Below are positions 45,976-55,567 of a stretch of DNA of 64,000 bases, piece by piece (position 1 is the first letter of the stretch; every line of letters starts with the position of its first letter). Both the position numbers and the translations under genes were made by a program. A model generated the notes under the pieces. That model was given only the letters and a program-made list of their open reading frames with translations. It searched no databases and was not told where the DNA came from. The DNA comes from Candidatus Woesearchaeota archaeon (lineage in GTDB: Archaea > Nanobdellota > Nanobdellia > Woesearchaeales > SKIA01), in contig JBJKRI010000007.1 in the NCBI GenBank assembly GCA_046704725.1, forward strand, positions 24,291 to 88,290, given 5' to 3'.

Positions 45976-46480
45976 GGACCTTCTCCGTGCGCGTGGCTTC
46001 CATGTGGAGGAACTCCTTGATCTCGTCGAGCAGCGATTGCATCTCCCTCTGCAGGTTTCGGCGGTATTGCTTGAGCTCCTTGTCGATGACGCGCTTGTTC
46101 ACGAAGTTCGACAATCCCGGCTTGGTCTTCCCGAATCCCTGCCAATCGACCTCCGCCTGCGCATTCACGCTGACGTACATGCGCGCGTGGGTCAGCCGCA
46201 CGGGCTTGCCTTCCCTGACGACCTCCACCTCGTGCTTGTCGATGCTCTTCCACTGTATCGTGTACTCGTACTTGATGTACTCGTTGACCTTCCTGAAGGG
46301 CGTCATGTCCACGGTGATCTCCCTGCCCACGGGCGAGGCGTCCTTCTCCTTCCATTTCTTCTCGACATAGTCGTAGTTCCGCCGCACGAAGAAGCCCACG
46401 ATGAGGTCGTACAGCCCTTGGAAGTCGAAGAGCCCTTCGTAGCGCAGGATGAGCGTCCGGGTCTTCAGGGCGTCTGCCAC
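45968..46480 (-). CDS. conserved hypothetical protein (paralog A)
   Basis: LRYEGLFDFQGLY...NY...EK...LDEIKEFL. Confidence 0.8.
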   Translation of the reverse strand: MADALKTRTLILRYEGLFDFQGLYDLIVGFFVRRNYDYVEKKWKEKDASPVGREITVDMTPFRKVNEYIKYEYTIQWKSIDKHEVEVVREGKPVRLTHARMYVSVNAQAEVDWQGFGKTKPGLSNFVNKRVIDKELKQYRRNLQREMQSLLDEIKEFLHMEATRTEKVHV

Positions 46481-46513
46481 GTCCTTTCCCCGGGAGCCCT
46501 CCTTATAAATGTT

Positions 46514-47065
46514 TTACTGGGCGCGGCAGTCCGGGCACGCGAGCCGATGGTCCGCCATGGGAGCGAGGTGCTCGGTGAAGTTGCCGCAGACCTCGCAGAA
46601 GCCTTCCTGACGCATCTCCGGACGCAGGGCGAGCTTGCGCTCCTCCTCGCGCAGGTCGATGGTGTCGAGCATCGTCTCGAAGAGCTGCGGCTCGACCTTG
46701 AGCACGTCCTTCATGGTGAGAAAGCCGATGAGCCGTCCGTCGTGGATGACCGGCAGGTGGCGCACGTCGTTGTCGCGCATGATGGTCAGGGCGTCGTACA
46801 CGTCCCTCTCGGGCCCGATCGTGAGCAGCTCGGTGGCCATCACGTCCCCCACGGACAACGAGTCGGGGTTGCGCTTGTCCGCCACCATGGCGAGGATGTC
46901 GTATTCGGTGATGATGCCGAGCAGCGCGGTCTCGCCCTCGGTGACCAGGAGCGAGCCGATGTTCTTGTCGCGCATGATGCGGCACGCGTCGCGCACGGCC
47001 AGGTTCTTGGGCACACGCACAGGGCGCTGCGTCATCACATCCCCAACGGATAAGCCCGTCTCCAT
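46514..47065 (-). CDS. CBS-domain pair protein with C-terminal zinc ribbon
   Basis: VGDVMT, IGSLLV, GIITEYDI, VRHLPV; GFCEVCG...CPDC. Confidence 0.92.
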   Translation of the reverse strand: METGLSVGDVMTQRPVRVPKNLAVRDACRIMRDKNIGSLLVTEGETALLGIITEYDILAMVADKRNPDSLSVGDVMATELLTIGPERDVYDALTIMRDNDVRHLPVIHDGRLIGFLTMKDVLKVEPQLFETMLDTIDLREEERKLALRPEMRQEGFCEVCGNFTEHLAPMADHRLACPDCRAQ

Positions 47066-47114
47066 CGGTATGGGGAAGAATGCGGCTCCTTATAAAACGG
47101 TCGCCCCTTTATAA

Positions 47115-48896
47115 CTACGGCAGCAGGATCTCCACGTCCTTACCGAAGATGCGCTTGAGGCTCTCGAAGATATGGTCCTTCACGCGCACGCCGTCGTGCG
47201 GCTTTGATGTCGCGATTGCATCGTCGAACTCCTCGACGGTCGTGTCCTCGACCACGCCCAGGCTGCCGTCCTTGTCGATGGCGGCCTTGCCGTATCTCCT
47301 CGTAGGCTCTCCCACGTCGTAGATGATGAACGCTGTCTTGCCCAAGAGCACGACCTCTCCGAGGGACTCCCCATGCTTGACGCGGATCTTCGCGCGCTCC
47401 AGCTCGGCCGCGCGCTTTCGCTGCAGGTACTCGAGGACCTGCTTGAAGAACTCGTCGCCCTTGCGCGTGATGTCGTGCACGTCCGCCTTGGTGAGCTTTC
47501 CCTTGTCGTAGTCGGCCTTGGCCTTCTGGATGTCGGTGAGGATGCGTCCGAACTTCTCGGGCAGGCGACCGCCCTTGACCAATTCCTTCTGGAAGGTCTT
47601 GAACAGGTCGGCCTCCTTGACATCGTGACCTTCCGCCCGTAGTACGTCGCGCACGAGCGTGACCGCGCTCTCGTAGGTGTGCAGGACGCGCTCCTCGTCC
47701 TTGATGGTCTGGATCTTCTCGAAGAGCGTGTTCATCTCGTTGAGGAACTTCTCGGTCTTGTCGTAGAGCTCGTCGATCTCGGCTCCGGTGATGTCGACCT
47801 TGTCGCCGTGCTCCATGTCCTTGCGGACCTTGAAGACGTCCTCCCAGAGCTTGACCACGTCGTTGCCGATCATCTTCTCCTTCTTGACGAACACGTCCTT
47901 GAGCACGCCGGCGAGCTCTTTGGGCGTGGGCGGCGGATAGCCGTAGAGCATAATGGCCGCTTGCGCGGGCGTCGAGGTGGCCCAGAAGAAGTCCTCGATA
48001 CCCATCTCGCGCAACTTGACCTTCACGCGCTTGAGGTACTGCTCTCCCGAGCTCATGAACACGTCGATCGCCTCTTGCGATGGCTTGACTCGCCCCATCT
48101 CGAGCAATTGCTTCCACGGCATGAAGATGCCCCTGTCGAAAAACGGCACGCCGTCGCGCAGGAACGTGAAGATGATGGGGTTCGCTTCTTTCACGTAATC
48201 CCAGAAGTCCGTGAGAAGATAGGTCTGGATATTGATCTTGTTCTGCACGCCCGTCATGTCGCCGGCCTGGAACCCCAGGTCGATGATGATGGCGCGCAAT
48301 TTGTCTCGAAGCTCGGCGCGCGTCATCTTCTTGACGTCGGTGTCGTCGATGACGATGAACACGTCCACGTCGCTCTTGGTAGTCGCCGTGCCCTGCACCA
48401 AAGAGCCGCCGAGCACGTAGCACACGATGTACTTCTCGAACTTCTTGAGGACCATCTGCTTGTGGATCTCCACGAGCTTGATGGCGCTGAGCATGCCCAC
48501 ATCGTAGGTCGGCGCGCTCGCGGCGATGTCCGCCAACACCTCGTACTTGGCGTCGTAGCAGTACTGCCACAGCTCCGTCAACAAGAGCGGTTCGGGCAGG
48601 AGCTTCTTGTCCACGGCGGCGGCGATCTCGTCGAAGACCTTGAGAAGCTTCTCGCGCAGCTCCGCCTTGGGCGTCTTGGTGCTGTTGACGTCGTCGATGA
48701 GCAGCAGGACGGGGATGCGGTCCTTCTCCTCCTCTCTGGGCGGTAGCAAGGACACGCCCAGCACGTAGTCCTTGAAACGCTCGAAGACGCGTTCCTGGAA
48801 CTTCTCGACGGTCTTGCGGATCTTGTCGAGCTGTGCCTTCTGCGTGTCCGACAGCTCCACGGGCGCGTTCGCTTCGGGCTGGGACGCTTTGGCCAT
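47115..48896 (-). CDS. Pol-beta superfamily nucleotidyltransferase with tandem NTase domains and helical (HEPN-like) C-terminal part
   Basis: GGSLVQG.....SDVDVFIVIDD in the second domain; degenerate first copy (LGVSLLPP...VLLLIDD); AQAAIM..G.PPP.PKE. Confidence 0.85.
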   Translation of the reverse strand: MAKASQPEANAPVELSDTQKAQLDKIRKTVEKFQERVFERFKDYVLGVSLLPPREEEKDRIPVLLLIDDVNSTKTPKAELREKLLKVFDEIAAAVDKKLLPEPLLLTELWQYCYDAKYEVLADIAASAPTYDVGMLSAIKLVEIHKQMVLKKFEKYIVCYVLGGSLVQGTATTKSDVDVFIVIDDTDVKKMTRAELRDKLRAIIIDLGFQAGDMTGVQNKINIQTYLLTDFWDYVKEANPIIFTFLRDGVPFFDRGIFMPWKQLLEMGRVKPSQEAIDVFMSSGEQYLKRVKVKLREMGIEDFFWATSTPAQAAIMLYGYPPPTPKELAGVLKDVFVKKEKMIGNDVVKLWEDVFKVRKDMEHGDKVDITGAEIDELYDKTEKFLNEMNTLFEKIQTIKDEERVLHTYESAVTLVRDVLRAEGHDVKEADLFKTFQKELVKGGRLPEKFGRILTDIQKAKADYDKGKLTKADVHDITRKGDEFFKQVLEYLQRKRAAELERAKIRVKHGESLGEVVLLGKTAFIIYDVGEPTRRYGKAAIDKDGSLGVVEDTTVEEFDDAIATSKPHDGVRVKDHIFESLKRIFGKDVEILLP

Positions 48897-49009
48897 ATCC
48901 GGTCAGACCGGCCCGTGCTTAAAAAAGGTTGCTGTTGGCATGCTGTGAAGCGTCCGTCCCCACACTGCAGGAGCGAAACCGTTATAAGCCCTGGCAGCAC
49001 AGCCCCCCT

Positions 49010-49894
49010 ATGGCGGAGAAGAAGCGCGACCTCCTCACCGACCCGCACGGTCCTGGCGAGTTGGAGACCTATCTGCGCGGCCTCAACATCTCGGATGTCA
49101 AGAAGGCGCATTCAGAGTTCGATCGCATCCAGCACAACCTCAGCAAGTTCCACGACCAGCTCGAGCTAGCGCATACGGGCACATACGAACGCATGGTGCG
49201 CGATACGGAGAAGCTCTTCGCGGAGAAGGGCAAGCCCGCGCCGTCGAACTACCGTGATTTCCGCCTCAGCGACCTCAAGAAGGACAAGCGCGAGGGCCTC
49301 GAGGGACTGCTCTTCGAGCAGATAGAGGGCTTTGCGAAGCGGCTCGGCTACGCGTACGACCCCATCATCTTCGAGGGCCGCTCGGACGCCGAGCGCGTCG
49401 ACTGGCTCGCGAACTTCGTGGACACCCAGACGGGTGCGCACGCGGTGAACAAGAGCAATTATGATGAGAATAGCGGAACGTACAGGGAGGGTTTCAAGCC
49501 TTTGGGCATGACTGCCCTTCTCCGGGCGTTCCGGACGGGATACCGCACGGGCGAGCAGCAGCCTAATTCACTCACTGGCGAGCGGCCGCCCAAGGATGTG
49601 GAGACCATCAATGACCTGTATCGAATCATGCAGGAATCCACCCTCGGCCTCATCGACACACACAAGCAGGTGCTTGGAAGCCGCGTGTTCGGGCACACGC
49701 TCGACCGGTTCAATCCCCACGAGCATGCCGCGTACGTCCTCCACCTCGCGCAGGGCAAGGGCTTGAAGCATCACAACAATATTGAGCTTACCGCCATGGA
49801 CGCCCAGAATCTCTATCTCGCGGGCAAGGCCATCCAGTCAGGCAACGAACAGGCGCTCGGCCGGTACGGCTTCTCGAAGGCCCAGACAAAGTAG
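49010..49894 (+). CDS. hypothetical protein
   Basis: 294-aa ORF from ATG 49010 with TTATAAG at 48982-48988. Confidence 0.7.
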   Translation: MAEKKRDLLTDPHGPGELETYLRGLNISDVKKAHSEFDRIQHNLSKFHDQLELAHTGTYERMVRDTEKLFAEKGKPAPSNYRDFRLSDLKKDKREGLEGLLFEQIEGFAKRLGYAYDPIIFEGRSDAERVDWLANFVDTQTGAHAVNKSNYDENSGTYREGFKPLGMTALLRAFRTGYRTGEQQPNSLTGERPPKDVETINDLYRIMQESTLGLIDTHKQVLGSRVFGHTLDRFNPHEHAAYVLHLAQGKGLKHHNNIELTAMDAQNLYLAGKAIQSGNEQALGRYGFSKAQTK

Positions 49895-49898
49895 CGCC

Positions 49899-51887
49899 TT
49901 AGGATATCGTCTTGAACACGCTCTTGACCGCGTCCTGCGGCGATATCGTGCTCGACAGGTTGAACAGCGCACCCATGTAGCCCAGGTCGTCCACCGTCTG
50001 CAGCTTCGCGGGGTCCATGCCCGCCGCGATGACGTCGAGCGTGTCCGGCACGCTCGTGATGGTGACCGCGCGCTGTCCGCTGTAGTCCGCGTACAGGACC
50101 GGGATCGCCGTCATGTTCACTTCGGGGATGTCGTAGCATTTGATCGTGATGACGCCCGCCACTTTCACGCACTTGTGCTGCGCAGGTATCTGGAAGGGCG
50201 TCTCGTTGCTGTAGTTGTCGATGCCTACCACGTACACATCATACGTCCCCGGCACCAGCGATATCGTGTCGCCGCTGTTCGCTTGCACGGTGTAGGGCGT
50301 TCCGTGCCGCGAGAGGATGACATGTCCGTCAACGCTGGGTATCGCATTCGTCGCCAGGGTGTACGTGCCGTTCGGCAATTGCTGGACCGCGCGCGTCTCG
50401 ACCTGGATCGTCACTGGTCTCGGCTGCTGCAGCTGCATCTCGATCTTCGCCGCGGGCAGTGTGGGGTCGCTCGCCACGACCGCCTCGTCGCCGAACAATC
50501 CGTTCGCGCTCGCCTCGATCGTCCCCGAGGCGCACGACGGCAGCGTCGTGAGCAATAGTCCGTGGTCGGTCGTCCCGAGCGGGCACGTCTCGCTGCCGCA
50601 CGTGTACGACACGGTCGCTTCTGTGCTCTCGGGCGTGACGTGTATGCGCACGTCCCGGCCGCCGGCTCCCGTGCAGTAGTCCTGCTGGTTGCTCCTGACG
50701 AGCTGTCCCGCCTCGAGGGCGTGGTTGTCCTTGATGTTCACCTGATAGCCGAGGGTGAGCGTGTAGCCGTCCTTCTGCAGCCTGATGATGAGCGGGAACT
50801 GCAGGTCGTAGCGGAAGCTCTCGTCCACGATGGGCGGCACGAGCCAGCTGATGGCCGATGGTGGTTGCGAGACCTTCGGCACGGCCACGACGGGATTGCC
50901 GTTCACGGCCCAGTACTGCGGCACCGCCGGGTCCGCGGAAAAGCGCACCGTGGTGTTCGGCGCTTGGTCGGGGATGGCGAGCAGGCTGTTCAGGTAGAGC
51001 TGGTTGACGGTCTCGCTGTTCGTGGTCTGCACGAACTGCCAGTCCTTGCTCCCGATGACCTGGAGGCTCTGCGCCATGCGCTGCTCGACGTCCTCGAGCG
51101 CGGGCCTGCCCTTGCTGAGCGTGTAGGGCGCGAAGTCCCACGTCGTCTGCAGGCCGCCGTCCATGGGCGGCAATGTGGTCCCTGGCGTCGCGTAGATCGC
51201 CAGCCACGCGAGCATGCGTCCCTCGGGCACCTTGATGTCGCGCAGCCCCTGCACGGTCTCGTCGGCCGTATTGAACAAGGACTGCACGGGGGCTTGTATC
51301 GTCGCTTGGAAGGCGTCTCGGTGCGCGACCGCGCTGGTCAGGTTGATGGTGAGCGGCCAGGTCGTGGTGACCGTCGTGGCGTCCGCCGTGAAGGTGACTT
51401 GGCTGGTGTGGTTGCCCGCGACGATGTCATAGCCGGACAATGTCTTGAAGTCCACGCACGAGTCGAGGTGCGCGTCCACGTACGCCGCGAGCTGGTTCGC
51501 CACGGCGTCCGGCCCGATGTCGTAGAGCAATGGCTCTTTCGTGGCTTCTTGTCCGCCCTGGATGAAGCGCCAGTACGCGACGGTGTCCGTGCTGGTCAGT
51601 GCGAAGCCGTTCCCCGCCGGTGGCGGCAGGGCGATGATGCCGTGCGTCGCAGGGTCGATGTAGCCGCCGTGCGCGAGCAGTTCTCGCACCCCTTGCGAGA
51701 GGATGTGCTCTTGGCATTGCTCGATCATGCTGAGCACGGGCTTGATCTGGGTGTCCGGATTGCTGCTGGTCTGCTGTGAGGGTGGCCGGAAGACGAGCCA
51801 GTTCTGGTAGACCGCGACGGTGATGAACGTCCCGATGACGAGCACGAGCCCGATGATGATGAACAAGGTGACCTGTCCTTTCCTCAT
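49899..51887 (-). CDS. large protein with class III (type IV pilin-like) signal peptide
   Basis: MRKG|QVTLFIIIGLVLVI; ATGA-coupled to the upstream gene; the ORF-track extension upstream of 51887 is a shadow frame. Confidence 0.85.
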   Translation of the reverse strand: MRKGQVTLFIIIGLVLVIGTFITVAVYQNWLVFRPPSQQTSSNPDTQIKPVLSMIEQCQEHILSQGVRELLAHGGYIDPATHGIIALPPPAGNGFALTSTDTVAYWRFIQGGQEATKEPLLYDIGPDAVANQLAAYVDAHLDSCVDFKTLSGYDIVAGNHTSQVTFTADATTVTTTWPLTINLTSAVAHRDAFQATIQAPVQSLFNTADETVQGLRDIKVPEGRMLAWLAIYATPGTTLPPMDGGLQTTWDFAPYTLSKGRPALEDVEQRMAQSLQVIGSKDWQFVQTTNSETVNQLYLNSLLAIPDQAPNTTVRFSADPAVPQYWAVNGNPVVAVPKVSQPPSAISWLVPPIVDESFRYDLQFPLIIRLQKDGYTLTLGYQVNIKDNHALEAGQLVRSNQQDYCTGAGGRDVRIHVTPESTEATVSYTCGSETCPLGTTDHGLLLTTLPSCASGTIEASANGLFGDEAVVASDPTLPAAKIEMQLQQPRPVTIQVETRAVQQLPNGTYTLATNAIPSVDGHVILSRHGTPYTVQANSGDTISLVPGTYDVYVVGIDNYSNETPFQIPAQHKCVKVAGVITIKCYDIPEVNMTAIPVLYADYSGQRAVTITSVPDTLDVIAAGMDPAKLQTVDDLGYMGALFNLSSTISPQDAVKSVFKTIS

Positions 51888-54800
51888 GGGTGCGCCTCCA
51901 TGACGCGCGTGCATAGCGCGTCCTTCTGCTTGAGCCCGTTGTCGCTGGTGAGCTTGAAATACGTGCTGAGGGGGTGCTTGAACACGATGCATGCCGTGTC
52001 GTACCTCGTGGCGCTCGTCACGGTGATCGCGCTCTGTCCCACGTCGTTGAGTCCTGCTTGCAGGCTCGCGTTCGCCACGTTCGTGCTGGTCCCACCGCGG
52101 AGCACGACCGTCGCGTTCTCGTCGGGCGGGTTGTCCACGGACAGGTACGCTTGGATGACGTAGCGGTAGACGGTCTTGCCGCTTTCTGTGGCGGTGTCGC
52201 CGGTCGCGCTGATGCGTGCCGCGGGAGAGCCTGGTACTGCGTTCTGGTATGCCGTCGGTGTGGGCGATTGGTCGAGCGAGCACGTCTTGGTGATGGGGTC
52301 GCTGCGCAGGTTGGCGATGGATTTCGCCACGCCCGTCGGCGCTGGCGGTCGCGTGCCGAGCGCGGATTGGACGGCGTAGCCGAGCCGCGCCCCGTTGACG
52401 GCCGACTGGATGGCCATGTCCACGCTGCCCTGCAGGGTGTTCATGTACTTGCTCATCGCCGCCGTGTACGCCTTGTCGCGCTCCTCGTCGCGCTTCTTCT
52501 TCGCCGCGTCGAGGTCGGATTTCGCCTTCGTGAGATCGCTCTTGAATGTTTCCACATTGGCCAGGTTCGAAGCTTTGCCGTCCTTGGCGATCGCTTCTGC
52601 GAGCGCGCTGTTCAGGTAGGTTCCTTGCGTGACGTGGTACTTCGTCGATATCTCTGCCTTGAGCGTGTTCATGTCGCAGGTCCCTGTATCGCATCCGGCG
52701 TCTTGGAAGAGCGTGGCGCTGTTCGCGATGACCGCCTGCGCTTGTTCGTTGGTGATCGAGTTGTCCGGGTGCGCCTTCATCGTGTCTTTCGCGACGGTAT
52801 TGAGCGTGTTGTAGTATTGCTGCGTGCTCTTGCCCAGGTCCTCGACGTTCTTCAACGCTTGTTGGTAGTTGCTCTCCGCAGTGGTCAGGTCCTTCTCCGC
52901 TTTCTTGAGCGGCGCGGTCTGCGCGGCGTACTGCTGGTCGTTCTCGTTCACGACCTTCTTGTAGTCTGCCTCGCACTTCTGCGCGACGTCCACGGCCTGC
53001 TGGTAGCCCTTCACCTTGGAGTCGAGGATGGTGTATTGCCCTGACACGTGGGCCATATCCTTAGCGACCTTAGCGTTCGTGTTCGGTTGTTGCGTCGGGC
53101 CGTTCGTCTCCTGGTAGACCTGTCCGTTGATGCCGAGCGTGACGATGCCGTTGGGCAAGGTGTATTCGCTGTACGGCCCGTGGCAAGGCCCTTGCGATTG
53201 CACGGTGAAAAACGCGCGTTGCTGCAGGTTCTGCTGGGTCTGTTGCGCGTTCGAGCAGTAATCGCTGCCGCTCGACGCTGTCAGCCGGCTATAGGTCGTC
53301 CCCGCGGCGACGACCTGGTGCCCGTAGGCGAGCACGTTCGGCAGTTGTTGGGCGAGCTGCACTTCCTTGCAGCCGAGTTGTTGGACGTAGGTCCCGAAGA
53401 CCGATGTCTTGCAGATCTGGCCGATTCCCGTGCTGATGAGCGCTGGCACGGCGTCCTGAGCGACGAGCTGTATCTGCGCGCCGATATTGTCGAGCAGGCT
53501 CGTGTACGGTATGGCGAAGTACAGGTCTCCGCGCTGCTGCACGCAGTTCGCGTAGCGTTGGTTGTTCGCGCACTCCTGCACGGTCATCCCCGTCTGGTCC
53601 ATGGTCTGCAGGCAGCTCTGGTAGTCGCATTGCGTCGTGAGGCTCGCCATCTCGTGGTCGACGATAGCAGGGATGCACGCGGTGATCGCCGCCGCGTACA
53701 GGCTCTTGTACGGGTCCCACACGTCGCTGCTGTTGACGTTGAATCCCTTGCCCACCCCTTGGAGGATGTTGCCGATGGCGCTCGAGGTCTTGCTGTCGCT
53801 GCCGGCGAGGTCGCCGACCAGTCCGCTCGCGGGGTTCTTGATCGGGAGCAGCGCTCCGGTGTGGCACGACAATGCGTCGCACACCTTGCCGAGCGATTTG
53901 CGCAGGCCGCTCGCGCTGCCGAGCAGGCCGCTCGACAACCGGTTCATGTTCTGCGGAACCTGCTGGGACGGGTCGAAGGCGATCCCTGACGAGCCGATGG
54001 AGTTCACGATGGCCGCGACCGATACGAGGCCTTGGGGGGTGCCGCACACGGCCTGCAGTCCGGTGAGCGCCCTGCTCGCGCTCGTCCAGAGCTTCCCGTT
54101 CTTCTGGATGCTGTCCGCGACGCGCGTCGTCTCGTCCTTGATGCGTTGCGCCGGCGGCGGCGTGGTCACGAACTGGGGTGTGATGGTGACGGTGTCCTCT
54201 TCGGGGTTGAAGGCGGTGTTGCCGACCATGCTCGTCGTGTCCACGGTGCAGGTGATGTGGCCGGTGTACACTCCGCTGCTGCCGTCGTCGAGCTGGCTCG
54301 CAGGGTTCGGGGGTGCGAGCGTGAGGGGGAGGTAGGCGTTGCGCGACGGCACGACGTCGCCCGCCGTGACGCTGACCTTCACGGGATTCCCTTTCTTGTC
54401 AACGTAGGAGCAGTCCTTGACGGTCACGCTGAGCGGTTGGGCGTTGCCCGCTCCCGTGTTGGGCGTGAAGGAGAGCGTGACGGGGAATTGCTTGCTCAAT
54501 ACGCTCCAGGTTCCCGGGTCGAGCCGTTGGCGCGGCTTTGCCGTGACCGTCCAGAAGTCTGGTTGCGCCTTGCCGTTGAACTGCAATACGTGCAGCGTGA
54601 TCGTCTTGACCTGCTTGTTGCCCGCCCCGTCGGTCACCGTGAAGTTCCCTTGTTCGGTGTAGGCTTGGTTGGGAGGGGTGATCGGGACGGTGCATACATA
54701 GTCGGTCTTGCCGTTATCGTTGCGTCTCGTGCAGGTCCCTGTCGCGTTCACGTGCGGGCTGGTGAAGCTCACGCTCGCCGACAACGGCTCGTCCACGACT

Positions 54801-55534
54801 GCTTGCAGCATGCTTTGCTGTCCGCCGCTGATCGTGGTCCCCGCGTAGTCCTTGAATCCTGGTCCTTGCGTGATCTGTGGCTTGACGTCATCGTAGGTCA
54901 GGTCGATGGTTCCCTCGCCGATGTTGCCCGCCCGGTCGCGCGCCTTGATGGTGACCTGCTGGTCGCCCGGCCCTTGGATGGTCGCGTTGCACAAGATGTG
55001 CTGCAGTCCTTGCGCGCATTCGACGGGCATGGGCTTGGCGTTCGCGAGCACGACGATGTCTCTTTGCGTCACGCCGCTCTGCGCGTCCGCCACGCTGAAG
55101 TTGATGGTGTCCTGGTTGGGTCCGTACGAGCAGCCGCTCGTGCAGCCGTCCATGCTGATGCCGCTGATCGTCGGCGCGGTGTTGTCGATCTTGAAGATGA
55201 GCGGCACGCTCGTGGTGATGACCTTGCCCTGGATGTACTCCTGGAAGCTGAGCGTGACCGTCGGTCCCGGTTGGAGGGTGACGGGGATCTCGCATTGGGT
55301 GCAGCCGTTCGTGAAGGTGGTGACCGTGCCCGATGGGATGATGCTCTTGCTGCTCACGTGCACGCTGCTCGTCGTGCTCGAGGTGTTGAATATCAGTGTG
55401 CCTGATACTGGATTGTTCATGCTCACGTAGCTCAGTGGCTGGTTGTCCACGAGGAACTGCACCTGGCTCGCGTTCAGCGCTGATGCTGCCGGAATCGCCA
55501 AGAGCACCAGAAAGAACAGTACTGCGCCTCTCAC
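51884..55534 (-). CDS. large secreted protein: Ig-like repeats, Cys-rich helical region and coiled coil
   Basis: Signal peptide; IDNTAPTI, ARDRAGN, TDGAGN Ig-like motifs; paired Cys; Gly/Ser-rich helices. Confidence 0.85.
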   Translation of the reverse strand: MRGAVLFFLVLLAIPAASALNASQVQFLVDNQPLSYVSMNNPVSGTLIFNTSSTTSSVHVSSKSIIPSGTVTTFTNGCTQCEIPVTLQPGPTVTLSFQEYIQGKVITTSVPLIFKIDNTAPTISGISMDGCTSGCSYGPNQDTINFSVADAQSGVTQRDIVVLANAKPMPVECAQGLQHILCNATIQGPGDQQVTIKARDRAGNIGEGTIDLTYDDVKPQITQGPGFKDYAGTTISGGQQSMLQAVVDEPLSASVSFTSPHVNATGTCTRRNDNGKTDYVCTVPITPPNQAYTEQGNFTVTDGAGNKQVKTITLHVLQFNGKAQPDFWTVTAKPRQRLDPGTWSVLSKQFPVTLSFTPNTGAGNAQPLSVTVKDCSYVDKKGNPVKVSVTAGDVVPSRNAYLPLTLAPPNPASQLDDGSSGVYTGHITCTVDTTSMVGNTAFNPEEDTVTITPQFVTTPPPAQRIKDETTRVADSIQKNGKLWTSASRALTGLQAVCGTPQGLVSVAAIVNSIGSSGIAFDPSQQVPQNMNRLSSGLLGSASGLRKSLGKVCDALSCHTGALLPIKNPASGLVGDLAGSDSKTSSAIGNILQGVGKGFNVNSSDVWDPYKSLYAAAITACIPAIVDHEMASLTTQCDYQSCLQTMDQTGMTVQECANNQRYANCVQQRGDLYFAIPYTSLLDNIGAQIQLVAQDAVPALISTGIGQICKTSVFGTYVQQLGCKEVQLAQQLPNVLAYGHQVVAAGTTYSRLTASSGSDYCSNAQQTQQNLQQRAFFTVQSQGPCHGPYSEYTLPNGIVTLGINGQVYQETNGPTQQPNTNAKVAKDMAHVSGQYTILDSKVKGYQQAVDVAQKCEADYKKVVNENDQQYAAQTAPLKKAEKDLTTAESNYQQALKNVEDLGKSTQQYYNTLNTVAKDTMKAHPDNSITNEQAQAVIANSATLFQDAGCDTGTCDMNTLKAEISTKYHVTQGTYLNSALAEAIAKDGKASNLANVETFKSDLTKAKSDLDAAKKKRDEERDKAYTAAMSKYMNTLQGSVDMAIQSAVNGARLGYAVQSALGTRPPAPTGVAKSIANLRSDPITKTCSLDQSPTPTAYQNAVPGSPAARISATGDTATESGKTVYRYVIQAYLSVDNPPDENATVVLRGGTSTNVANASLQAGLNDVGQSAITVTSATRYDTACIVFKHPLSTYFKLTSDNGLKQKDALCTRVMEAHP

Positions 55535-55567
55535 GCGGTGTTTCCCGCGGAAAGGTCTTTATAAATA

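Noticed and set aside
51888-52976. N-terminal extension of ORF 49899-52976; similar extensions of 8578-9783, 17472-19451, 34415-35323 and 21441-22448
   Set aside because: They overlap upstream genes in another frame; better starts with signal peptides, coupling or TATA boxes exist downstream.
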